Shown here: positions 39,001-51,000 of the stretch, piece by piece
Layout: each line of letters begins with the position of its first letter
How positions within the stretch are numbered: the first letter of the stretch is position 1
From: Orbicella franksi
Taxonomy: Eukaryota
NCBI GenBank assembly: GCA_964199315.1
Contig: OZ116704.1
Span: forward strand, 26,660,001 to 26,724,000
Length of the DNA: 64,000 nt
Direction of reading: 5' to 3'
The notes under the pieces: generated by a model
Database searches by the model: none
The model's input: the letters and a program-made list of their open reading frames with translations, nothing else
Told to the model about the DNA's origin: nothing
Made by a program: the position numbers and the translations under genes

Positions 39001-42000
39001 AAGTGAATGTCTGGTTGAAATCATTATCTCTAGGAGTGAACTTAGAAAGATTGTCCGTGCAGTTTGAAAGCAGGGCTTCTTGCCCCCAAAGATCACTGGC
39101 ATATGTCAAATCAGAGGATAAGGACTCATTCTTTCTGTCTCCCAATTATAAGCTTTTACTGGTTGAAAGACGTGTGTTAGAGGCTGAACTAAACAGCATA
39201 AAAACAGAGAGTGGCCGTCACTCCAACCTGAATCACCCTGAGCCAAAGCTACTGTATATGACTCCAAGTACAAGCAGTGCACCCTGACAATGGTCACCTG
39301 AGGCAGCAATTGATGTAAGTTTTGCAGCAAGTGCAACCACTTCAAACCAAAGCCCTCAAGGGATTCAAAGTCCATTTGACCAATTAGCTGCAGAACTGTC
39401 AGAAAATCTAAAGCTACTAGAAGTGGAAGTCGAAAGCACCAAAAGTAACCTACACGGGAAACAAAAAGCCCTTGAAGAATTACCAAATGTTCATGAGAGG
39501 TGCAGAAAAGTGTCTGCTATTTGCCATACATCTGGCCACAACAGAGCAAATTGTAAGAAAATCCCTTGTACAGATGTTAACTCTTGTAAGCTTAAGGACA
39601 AGCACCCAGAACTGAAGTAAGTTCAAGGTATTGTTTGCGTTTGAGACATAGCGCTGAATTTCTATCACAGGTTCACCAATCTAAGAATATCTATAGACCC
39701 AATTTCCTGACGTGACAATAACACTACATTCATTTAAAAATGTGATGTTTTGTATAGTCACATTGTCCAATTTGGTCAAGAAAATAATAGGTGTACTCTG
39801 TATTTGCTTGGGAAAATGATTCTTTGAGTACTTGGGAAATCTTTTTCTTTGTCATTCTGCAGTCTTTCCGGATGCACTTTTTTATTGCAGACTGTGATGG
39901 TAAATGACCAAGGGGAGAAATTCTATCTAATAACAAATGCCGTTAAAGCTCACTTGTATACATACTTGGTTGACATAATTTCTCTGACTCCACATATTCA
40001 ACAACATCTGCTCACATTTTATTTCGAACCAGTGTTTTCCGTGGTCCAGCTAGTTGATCTCTTCATAGAATTGAACAAATTTATTTACATACCCGTTACT
40101 AACTCACACATTTTGTGGAATTTGTCTTTGCAAAAACCCTTGATAGTGTAGATCAAGCACTCTTTCCCAATAAACTTGTGGCGGAAATTTACCATTGTCA
40201 TACCCTTGCTGTCTATTGACAGTGAGTTTGCATTCGCCTTTGCCGAACAAGAATAAAAAAGTGAGTACCATCTAAAACTCGACAGATAACTTGAAGCTAA
40301 GAATGAAAATTGTACTTACCAGCATAGTTAGCAGACACATAGGCCACTTAATGTTTGAAAATATAGTCAAGACGCTACCACATAAAAAAATTACATATTT
40401 TCCCACCATCACTGTGATTGGACAGTGCCTAAAAAACACTAATTCTTTTGTCTAAATGAGGAGTTCTCATTGCATAATAATACAAAAATGTACCAAAAAA
40501 GTGTAGTTGTTCATGGTTCGAGTGTCCTCACTGTAATCAAGCAAACGGATTCCAACTAAAAGTACGCAATGCGTAAAACTTTGCCTCTGCAAGAACAATT
40601 CTGTCAGGCAGAGAAATTTCTTTGAGTTTCGTAAAAAATTAGAAAACAAATGTAACAAAGATGCGCTTCACAGGTTAAAGGCACTTTAATAACCAATTCA
40701 TAAATTCAAGTGCTACTGCATACACACAACATACTTACTGGTAAGCCATGTACGCCAGGAAATCCAGGAACTCCAATCATGCCCTAAACATAAGCAAATG
40801 TACATACTTAGATAAAAGATAAGTGTATCACTGTTGTACACTGTAAGCCCTCTAAGAAAAAGTAGCCTTTGCTAATAACAACATTTCTTGAAATGAAATC
40901 AGTGGCAGACTGTGACAACAAGAATGCACAAGCACACATCATGTGGTTCCAGAAAATACATATATGAATCCCAAGGAGGGTTAGTAGAAATTCCAACGGG
41001 GAGGGGTCAAAAGAATGAACCAAAAATTAAATTTCAAGAGGGATTTGGGAGAGAGGAGGTGAAACCAAAAATCTCTCTATGGAAGGGGCATGGAAATATA
41101 TAACCCTCCCTCCTTGTAAACAGGCCCTCAAACTTTACTTAACAAATAGGTTCAAAAAGTTGCCTATTTTACCTTAAGCCCAGTCTTGGAATATCACGTT
41201 TACCAATTTGACTTATCAATTACTTTATCAACATCAATCTAATATTTAGCTAAATGGAGTTAATTCATTTGCCTGCCAATGCAGCACAAAAGTTTCATCA
41301 TGAATTATAAATAAATGTCTTCCAAGAAGTTTTACTTGATTATTGTAACTTTGAACATCACATGCTTGTATATGTAAATCAGGTACATGTAGTAAAATCA
41401 AAATAGCTGGTCTTACTGATCATTTAAAGGGACAAAGTCATGAACTGCATATGTGTGACGTTTTGATCAAAACTTGAAAAGTTCAGGTTGAATTTTTCAA
41501 GTTTGAATTTAACAAATGGCATCAACTAGTGGAGCCAGTTGTGGAGTGTACACAAGGGAAATTTGACTACAATGGATAGCTCATGCTATTAAAGCATGGG
41601 GAGAAATTAGCTATCATAATATACGAAGCTTCCACCCAGTAAATGCCGAGTCTTGGCCAGTTGAGGTATTCAGCATATCTTGACCTCCTTATCGCAATTG
41701 TCTTTGAGTTAGGAATCTGTATTCACTTAACTTTTTTTTTAACAGATGCATTGAACATAAAATTCCGTGGAGATATGCTAGAGAAAATAACTGAAAAGCA
41801 GCGTGTGGTTTGAGATGGCTAAACCCTAAGTTATTATTAATAGTGGAATACGGCATGATTTTTTTGGCTATTAAGTGCATCTTGACATTTAAATTGATAC
41901 ACACTCCAGCATCTGCCTTCAGTTAGCTTTCATATGGCATATAAAACTTAGAAACCAGTGGAGATTTGGTAGAGAAAAAAATATATTATTTTGTAAACAT

Positions 42001-45000
42001 GGCACAGTTAGCATTGTGAAGTTGAAAGATACGTGGCTTGTGCTGCAATTCAACAGTAACTTGATTGAAATACTGCATGACTTTTAGGCTATTAGGCTAT
42101 TCATGGAGGCAGCATGGCTGAGTGGTTAGGGCGCCGGACTTGAAATCCGGAGGTCACGGGTCACTCTGACCACTTAGCTGGAGTTGTTTCTCGGTAGACC
42201 CTACAGTAGTTAAACTCCTCGGTCATGCTTGTAAATAGCCAACTGGTCTGCCTCCCACCAGTTGGGACTTTTAAGCCTATCATGTTTAGTTGATATACTT
42301 GTTTCTTTCATTTAGAGTGGCATGCCTGTGAACTAGCTAGGTGTAGCTAAGCACATTGACCACTATAAACAACAACAACAAAAAGCGCATCTTGACCTTT
42401 AAATCGCTTTAATGTAACTGTTCCTTTCAAAATAATCTAATCGTGACTTGTTGTTTGGTTATCACGCGAATTACTAATTAAAACAAACAATGCCCCAAGT
42501 TGGCGTTAATGGGGGAGCACTGCCTTGCGTTAGGTAAGCCTGTGCGACTTCCGGAGATTGCGTGAAACAAGAACCTCACTTATCTCCCCAGCACTACGAG
42601 CTGACTGCAAGACAGCACGTGCTGGATCGGACAAGAGTATTGGTAGCGGGCGATATTCATAGGCAACGTAGCCAAGACGCTTGGGGGAAGTCGCTGCGCA
42701 GACTTAACCGCACCACACAGGAGTGACCCAAGTTTATTAGAATAAGAAATAGCAAACCAACCTCTTCTCCAAAGGGAGGGAGGGAGGGAAAATTTTTAAC
42801 AATAGTATAGCAAGTGCTAACTGCGCTGTACAACAGAACACCAAAGTGAACTCTGAACAGTTTGTTTGAGCTTTTATAGCTAGACGCTTGTCTGCTGGGA
42901 AGGCCAGTAGAAAGAGCTGTACTACCGGACAGCTTAGCATTACACGTGTATACTCTTAGCCATGAATAGTGCTTTAATATTTTTGGCCAATGCTATCGAT
43001 CGTTATAATATGCTAGAGGTAACAAAGCCATAATGTTTGAGCTAGAATACAATGTATCTCAGAGTCTGCTTGGCCTTGGGAGCTTGCCTACACAATAGCT
43101 TAATTGAAAACAACACCGCCATGAAAGGCTTACTGATTACGAGCGTCACGTTCCATTAACTATATTTTACTGACGTGACAGTAAAATTGCATTTAATGTA
43201 ACTGTTCCTTTCAAAATAATCTAATCGTGACTTGTTGTTTGGTTATCACGCGAATTACTAATTAAAACAAACAATGCCCCAAGTTGGCGTTAATGGGGGA
43301 GCACTGCCTTGCGTTAGGTAAGCCTGTGCGACTTCCGGAGATTGCGTGAAACAAGAACCTCACTTATCTCCCCAGCACTACGAGCTGACTGCAAGACAGC
43401 ACGTGCTGGATCGGACAAGAGTATTGGTAGCGGGCGATATTCATAGGCAACGTAGCCAAGACGCTTGGGGGAAGTCGCTGCGCAGACTTAACCGCCACCA
43501 ATGCATGCGAGGCAATGCATCCCCCCAAGCAAATACGAAAAAACAAAACAAAAGAGTTAGATCGGTGAGAAATCCCCCGAAACATTAGCCATCCTGGGGG
43601 CGACCGACTCTAATGTAGATTGAGGAGTTCTAATATAAAGCTGGTAGCAATCCGAGGACCAGCGACCTAGAACTTTAATAAGCCAGTCCGGCAAGCCAGC
43701 GGCGGCTGCGACTGACGCCGCACCTATGCGAAAGCTATGGCCTTTAAGACACTGATAAGGGAGGCCGGCAACTCTAGAACTGTCCTTAAGGAGGTTCGAC
43801 ACCACACCCCGGGTAAGATAGCGACCTGACTGGAAGTAAAACAATGGCCCCTGTTTTGGCCTAGCTAGAAGAAAGTACTTTTGCATGGCCGCAACCGCGC
43901 AAAGGGGTGACGAGGTACCGGCTATGGTGAGGAACTGCCCTTGCCTAGATATGTCAGTTTTTGACGACTTGAGATGTACCGTCATACGCTGCGGGCTTGC
44001 CAGGTTGGGATGAAATGCTATGCAATCAGTACAAAGATCAAAGTGTTGGTTAAATTGACGAACCCCTGCGTATGTAAACTCGCTGCAACGGAGAAAGGCG
44101 AAAAACGCCAAATTAAAAGCGGCCCATATCATAGAAAAATCTCGCGGACTAAGCCATGACCGCAAGACTGGACAAATAGCTAAAAGCACCCGAGGAGTTA
44201 CTGGTTGGCGACGGATGCGCTGGTCTCCCTGGTAGCGAAGAATGCCACGCAGGACTTTCTGGAGAAGGAGCTTACCCTTAAGGGGGTCGTTAAACCCTGC
44301 CGTAATGTGAAGATTACGAACGGCCGCTAGGTAGAGTTTAATAGTGCTATGACGCACTGTTCTAGCTAGATAGGATGCAAAATAAACCAGTGTCCCTTCG
44401 GAGGCAGGTAATACGTCCCCGTCTGGGCCTAGGAGGCGATTCATCAGGCAAAATTCTAGGAAGCGCTTTTCCCCACAGCTGTAAGCTCGATTTGTGTTCT
44501 TGGCAAGACCCCAGGTGGCATACGTTAGGACTTCCTCCCTCAAAGGGTCATTAGTGAAGGCGGGATGATACAAGGACTCTGGTCGGCGTCGGGAGCGAGG
44601 GCCCGGAAGCGCTGCATCTGAAAGCGGGAGAGTGCATCAGCGATCTCATTTGAAACCCCAGGGACATGGCGAGCCCGGACTACAAAGTTGTGCTGCATAG
44701 AAAGGAGCACGAGCCGCCTGACCAAGTCCATGATGCGTGGTACTTTGGAATGCCCAGAATTTATAATAGACACGACCGATATATTGTCACACCAGAATTG
44801 AAGGCGTTTCCCGGCAAGAGAGGGGTGCCACATGGCGCAAGCGACAACGATGGGAAAGAGTTCTTGCCATTCGATACTTATTCCCCGTTTTTGGTTCAAA
44901 AGCATGTGGGGAGGCCAGCGACCCTGAAACCACCTTCCCTGGAAATAGCCACCGAAGCCTATAGAGCCCGCGGCATCGGTGTAGAGCTCTAGATTCTGAA

Positions 45001-48000
45001 CTGGGGTATGGGAAGACTCTAGAAAAAAGGAACGCCCGTTCCAGTTTAAGAGAAAAACTTTCCACATTTCCAGATCCTTAAAGAACTCCTTATTAAGCCG
45101 TATGTGGTGAAAGCGGCTTGGGACCCCCCTGGTCAAATTAATTGCCCGCTGAAGGAAGGTTCTCCCAGGCACCACCACCTTGCATGCAAACTGAAGAGTC
45201 CCAATGAGGGATTGTAACTCGACCAGGCGTACTGAGCGACGTATTTTGAAAGAATTCAACAGTTCATTAATCCTGGAGAGTTTATCCTGTGGTAAGCGGG
45301 CCTCCATGCGGATGCTGTCTAAAACAATTCCCATGAACTCAATCTCCTGAGAGGGGCCTATTGTCTTGGACGCTACGACAGGGGCCTTGAGGGACATGAA
45401 CACCCGTAGCAGAGTGCTAAAGCTAGATAAACATGCCAATTTAGACCGTTCGGCAATGAAGAAGTCGTCCAGGATGTGAATAACATGCTGGAGGCCATAG
45501 TTACTTTTAAGGATCCATTCAAGCCCGTCCGACAGCTGATTGAAAAGGAACGGGGCGCTTCGAAGCCCAAAGGGTAAGTACATGTCTACATAGTATTGGG
45601 ATTGCCAGTGGATACCCAGCAAGCTCCAGTCCTCCGGATGAATTGGTATCAGGCGGAAGGCTGATTTAAGATCAGTCTTGGCCATGAAGGCTCCCCTTCC
45701 CAGGGACTGGAGAATATGGATGGCATCGTCGACCCGGACATAACTAAGGGAATAGGGGTCCTTTGGAATGTAATCGTTAATGCTATCGCCCTGGGGGTAG
45801 GAGAGGTGGTAGATAGTGCGCCAGTCAGTTGAATGTTTTTTGGGAACCACGCCCACCGGGTGACACTGAAACTTGGGCAGGGGCGGGGAGTGGTAGGGAC
45901 CCGCTACCCTCCCAAGAGCTACTTCCTTTTGCAGATTCAAGGAAACTACATCCGGGTGCTGTACTGCCGAAATAAGGTTAGGGGAGACCCGGTCTGAACG
46001 CGGCCCGGAGTAACCAATGCGAGCGCCCTCCTTAAGCGTACTTAGCAAATTAAAAACAAAATTACGATCAGGATGATTAGTTAACTCTAATTCTAAGCGA
46101 GAAATGACAATAGGGGAGGATACTAGTGGCTTCTGCTGGCTCCGTTGCTGCTCTACTTTACTTCTTGCTACGCTCGCTGGGCTTCGTGGTCTTGCTAGTG
46201 GGGCTGGACTGTTGCCTGGTGCAGTCTGGGGCGATGTGGTCACTGGAGTAGCAGCGGCGACACACGTGCGGGTAGCTGCAGTCGCGGCGCCGGCAACCGG
46301 AGGACTTGTTGAAGTCGAAGCACACGGTTTGGGAACGACGCGGTTTTCTGTTGAGTTCAGCAGAAGGACAGACATCCTCAGCGTGATAAGGGCTGGAGCA
46401 AACGTTGCAGTGGGGCTTAGCCAGGCCCGCGAAAGTCACCGTCCAGAGTTCGAGGTCGACCTTATCCCAGCTTAGGGATAAGTCGTACGCCGCACGGCGA
46501 CGGAATTGCTGGTCGTACGATAGCCAGGCCAAGCCCTTAAATTTGGCAACCGCTCTGCTAATAATTTGCTGATATTTAATCAGCTCGAGTGCCCTACGCG
46601 GGTAGGCGGTGACGAGGACGATCATATACACCATGAACGCGTCGAGCCACTTTTGAAACGTATCGACAACTGGTTTTTTCCTTCTAACCATGGTGACAGG
46701 GGAACCCATAGGGCCTGGGGACGGGTCGTCCAAGCGGAGCTGGATTTCAGGGGTCTGGGATTGATATTGATTGTCTGGCAAAAGCAAGGCAAAGTCAATG
46801 TACTCACCCCTGAGTATCTTGTCCTCCAAGCTTTTATCTACTGGCCTCGAGAGACCCAGAGGAGAAGCCATGCCAGGAGTGAATGGGCTTGGAGTTGTTG
46901 CAGGGGGTGTACGGAACGCGGAGAATGCAGAGTGTACCGATTGTGTCACGATCGCTTCGATCGCTGAACGCTGGACGGGACTGAAGCCGGTGTCCTGTTG
47001 GGAACTTGGTACAATTGGGATGTCCGGCTCGGGATCGGACTCCAACATCTCCTCGATCGAGGACAAGGAGGCTCTGTCCGACAGGGCGCTGTCTTCCTGC
47101 TCGTGCTCGAGGCTTGATGGCACATTTCGCCTGCGTAGAAGGTTTACAGCTTCGTCAGATGGTTGCGACTCGATGGCGGTCCTTTTCGCTGAGCGCCCAC
47201 GCCGAGCTTTGGGCTGAGACAGACGTTTTTGTGGCTTTCGCCGTGGTGCAGCCGCGTTACCCTGCGTAGCCCGCTTGAGACGGCTAAGTAGGTGTCCTTT
47301 AGAGCCCGTGATTGGAAGATTGAGGGCTTGTAAACGGAGTTTGAGGACTTCGCTGGAAAGCTTTGAGAGATCCTCTCCCGGGTTTGTGTTCAAAGCACGG
47401 CGTGAGCGGTGAGCCATGAAAAACAAATTTTTAACAATAGTATAGCAAGTGCTAACTGCGCTGTACAACAGAACACCAAAGTGAACTCTGAACAGTTTGT
47501 TTGAGCTTTTATAGCTAGACGCTTGTCTGCTGGGAAGGCCAGTAGAAAGAGCTGTACTACCGGACAGCTTAGCATTACACGTGTATACTCTTAGCCATGA
47601 ATAGTGCTTTAATATTTTTGGCCAATGCTATCGATCGTTATAATATGCTAGAGGTAACAAAGCCATAATGTTTGAGCTAGAATACAATGTATCTCAGAGT
47701 CTGCTTGGCCTTGGGAGCTTGCCTACACAATAGCTTAATTGAAAACAACACCGCCATGAAAGGCTTACTGATTACGAGCGTCACGTTCCATTAACTATAT
47801 TTTACTGACGTGACAGTAAAATTGCATTTGTACTCCGGAATCTGTGGTGTATAAAACTTAGAAACCTGTGAACATTTAGTAGAGAAAAAAATCTATTTGC
47901 ATGAGACGGTTAGCACTGTGAATTTGAAAGATGGGTGGATCATGTTTTAATTTGACAGTAACTAAAGTGAAATAGACAAGTTTCGTAAGCTGTTTTCACT

Positions 48001-51000
48001 TTGTGACCATTAAATCCTTCTGTACTGTAGAATCTGCATTAGCATACAGTGTAGCTGTTAGTAGCAGTGTTCAAGTCAGAAATCTGTCTAGATATACTGG
48101 AGACAAAAATTATTTCCACAAAACCAATATAAGCACACATTGTACTGCTGAATTACGAAGTTGTCTTGATCACAATGCGATCCGACAGGCCGGAAACACG
48201 GCACAAGTTTGTTCAACGCAAACTGACCTCAAAATTATTTAGTTTTGAGAAATCTACTTTCTCTTAGTTCAAAAAGAAGACAGTATAGTTCAATATCCCC
48301 TTTCAAAAGGGATTTTAAGTCGATATGGAGAAAGCAATCTCGCACATGCACAGCTCATGACACTGTCCCTTTAACCAGCTTTTCTTATAGAAAGCCCTGA
48401 ACAATACAAAGTGAAGCAAGACTGCAAAAAAATTAACATTTATTCATTTATGTGAATAATTAGTTTCCTTGGCATAATTATTATTACTGCATAATGCACC
48501 TGATCTCCTTGAAATCCAGGGGCGCCAGCTTGTCCAGCATCACCCTGAAAAAAAACAATGAAAGCATTTTATCCATGCCATAAAATATTAATGACATGCA
48601 CACAATGCTACTTTTGTACACCTTTGGTTGTGGGCTAGTAAAGACACTGAACACAACTTCTCATATAGACTACGAGTAGTCCCTCTTTTGCTTAGTCCGT
48701 CGAGCAAGACCGCAAATAAACCACAAGGAAAAAATGGCCGCATGAAATCCTGGGGGTGAAACGAGCCAGAGACTCTGACCTTTCACAGCCAGGTGATTTT
48801 TCAGTGTAAATTTTCAACCTCATTGCACATATCCAATATAACTCCTTATCTTGACATCCTCTCATTATCGCCTGTTGTCAATAACCCTGGGAGATGTCTT
48901 GAATAAAATTGCTCTTCTCTTTAAGTAGCAATTCAAAACCATGCTGTGAGAAGTATATCTTCATTACAGCGTTTGTTAAGCAAAATTGCTAAAGAGGTTT
49001 TGAAAAGAAAATGGCAAAGAAGGCATCTTGAAATGATTTTTTGCCATGTCTGTAGGTATAAATTTAAAAGTTATTGAAAAATTTTCAAATGCAGAGTTTC
49101 AAACAGGAATTTACTTTATGTATTTGACATAGGAGATCATCCAACTGCAGTGACATGTTTGCCAAAAGCAGCGGAAAGTTTCAAGTGAATGTCCAGGACG
49201 GCTGAAAGGCCAAGCTCAGTCAATTCATATTTACGGAATTGTTTTTCAACGATGTTGATGACCTGGTATTGAGCAGCGAGATCACTGACACGCTCACATT
49301 CAAGTTCCAGCGAAAAGCTTTGCCAAGCAAAACACCTAATACATTTAACTCTTTCCATAGCCTGTCAGCAGAATCGCAAGAACATCACAGCCTGGGAGAC
49401 ACAATTCCAATGCTTTGATTTGCTCCAGTTCTAAAGCTTTCTATTTTCAGGGAGCGAGATAAACATTCCTGCAAGACATCAAGCATTTCTCGAATGTTGA
49501 CAACGTTAGCCAATCATATTTTGGTGTTGTGGGAGCAATGTATAATTCAAAGTCTGAGCCTTAGGTGGTAGTCCCTCCTTTCAGGTGCTTCTCACTCTCA
49601 GGAGTTCGCGCAGCCACTTTTTCTCATGGTTTTCTCTCGCAACATGCAAAAACACGAAAGAGTGACTACTCATGTTCTACTTTTTGTATGGCTAGCTGAG
49701 CGAACAGGCAAGATGAACCAAATCCTGCACCATGATTGGTTACCTGAACGGGCAAGATGGCCCTTTCTTGCTGGCTGGGGATTATGCCTTGTGTCCTATT
49801 AGAAAAATTTCTTTAAAAAGCCTTATCAACTCCATGTAATAAATCCTTTTATTGACCAAGCTTTTTGGTCCGGATGGCTGGGTATTGGTATGCTTTTTTT
49901 TTCTGCGTTTATCGACCTGGACTCTGTCTTGGTCCATAACCATACAAAAAAAGAACAAGGCCAATATCCAGCCATCTTGACATGAGTCACACTTGGTTCA
50001 TAACCCAGACATAATCAGATAGGATAGGATTCTACCACTAAGATCCAGGTGCACAGTGCTTCCCTTAACAAAAGGAAATGAAACCTCACAGATCAATGAA
50101 CACTGGGGAAAAAAACCCATTTATTTGGTACCTTGTAGCCTTTAAGACCTCTTAAGCCTTCTTTCCCTGGAGGACCCTATAAAAAAACAAATCTGCAATT
50201 TAGTGAAGACACATTTCAAAGCACACTTACATGTACTAGCTTCTATTTCAAGTTTCGGAATCTCATGAATCTATTCATTCATCTTTGACTACTTGCTGAT
50301 TGAACATCACTGAGCTAAAACTGATTCTTTGTTTTCCGCTTCACGAGTACCCAAAACTGTACAAGTAAGCTCAGTTTGGAATCAACATTTTTAACGTGAA
50401 ATCAACATTTTTAAGCTCACAACTTGCATGAGATCAACATTTTGCTGTTTTCTAAGTGAAATCAACATCTTTGCAGTCACACATTAACCTAAAATCAACA
50501 TTTTAACTGCTTTTAACGCAAAATCAACATTTTTGAGCTTACACATTGCGTGAAATCAACATTTTGCTGTATTCCAAGTGAAATCATCAAATTTGTTGTC
50601 ACGCATTGATGTGACAACAAATATGAGTTTTTGCATACGTAATATCTGAAAAAAGAAGCAGACTTTAGCGAAAAAAACACAGGACATTGTTTACCGTGCA
50701 TTTACTGAAACCAGGGCCAGCCAGACAATGAAAACCAATCAAATGCCAGAACTGAAACAATACGTTCCAACATTTTCAAATCCAGCCAATCAAATGTCCT
50801 GTACAAAACAATGAAATCTCAACTTGTTTGTTGTGATCTTCGCAACTTTGGTGTCTGTTAATAAATCGTCTAAGCTCAAACCATTAGAACTTTCGCGTTC
50901 AATTAAAAAAATAATAATTATTGTGTTACTTTACTTTAGATTTTACATTTACAACTGTGATAAATTCATTAGAATGACTGTTTTCCACTGTGAACGTACG

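Larger units (their letters stand above)
42408..47829 (-). mobile_element. full-length tyrosine-recombinase retrotransposon, Ngaro-type (split direct repeats)
   Basis: Element-sense order A1(47829-47425)-gag-RT/RH-YR-B1(43495-43192)-A2(43194-42790)-78-bp spacer-B2(42711-42408); repeats identical by eye; three uninterrupted overlapping ORFs. Confidence 0.93.

Noticed and set aside
42105-42180. tRNA-Ser gene
   Set aside because: T-arm/B-box damaged and continuous with a SINE body and tail
44666-47269. Plus-strand ORFs of 100-148 aa inside the retrotransposon
   Set aside because: Antisense to GC-richer gag/pol coding sequence; no domain signal
42408-47829. DIRS1-type or LTR classification
   Set aside because: Repeats are split direct rather than inverted; no methyltransferase, DDE integrase or protease
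50380-50590. Repeated AAATCAACATTTT motifs with variable spacers (CRISPR-like look)
   Set aside because: Short, degenerate, irregularly spaced, eukaryotic intron, no cas genes; likely a decayed tandem or subterminal repeat
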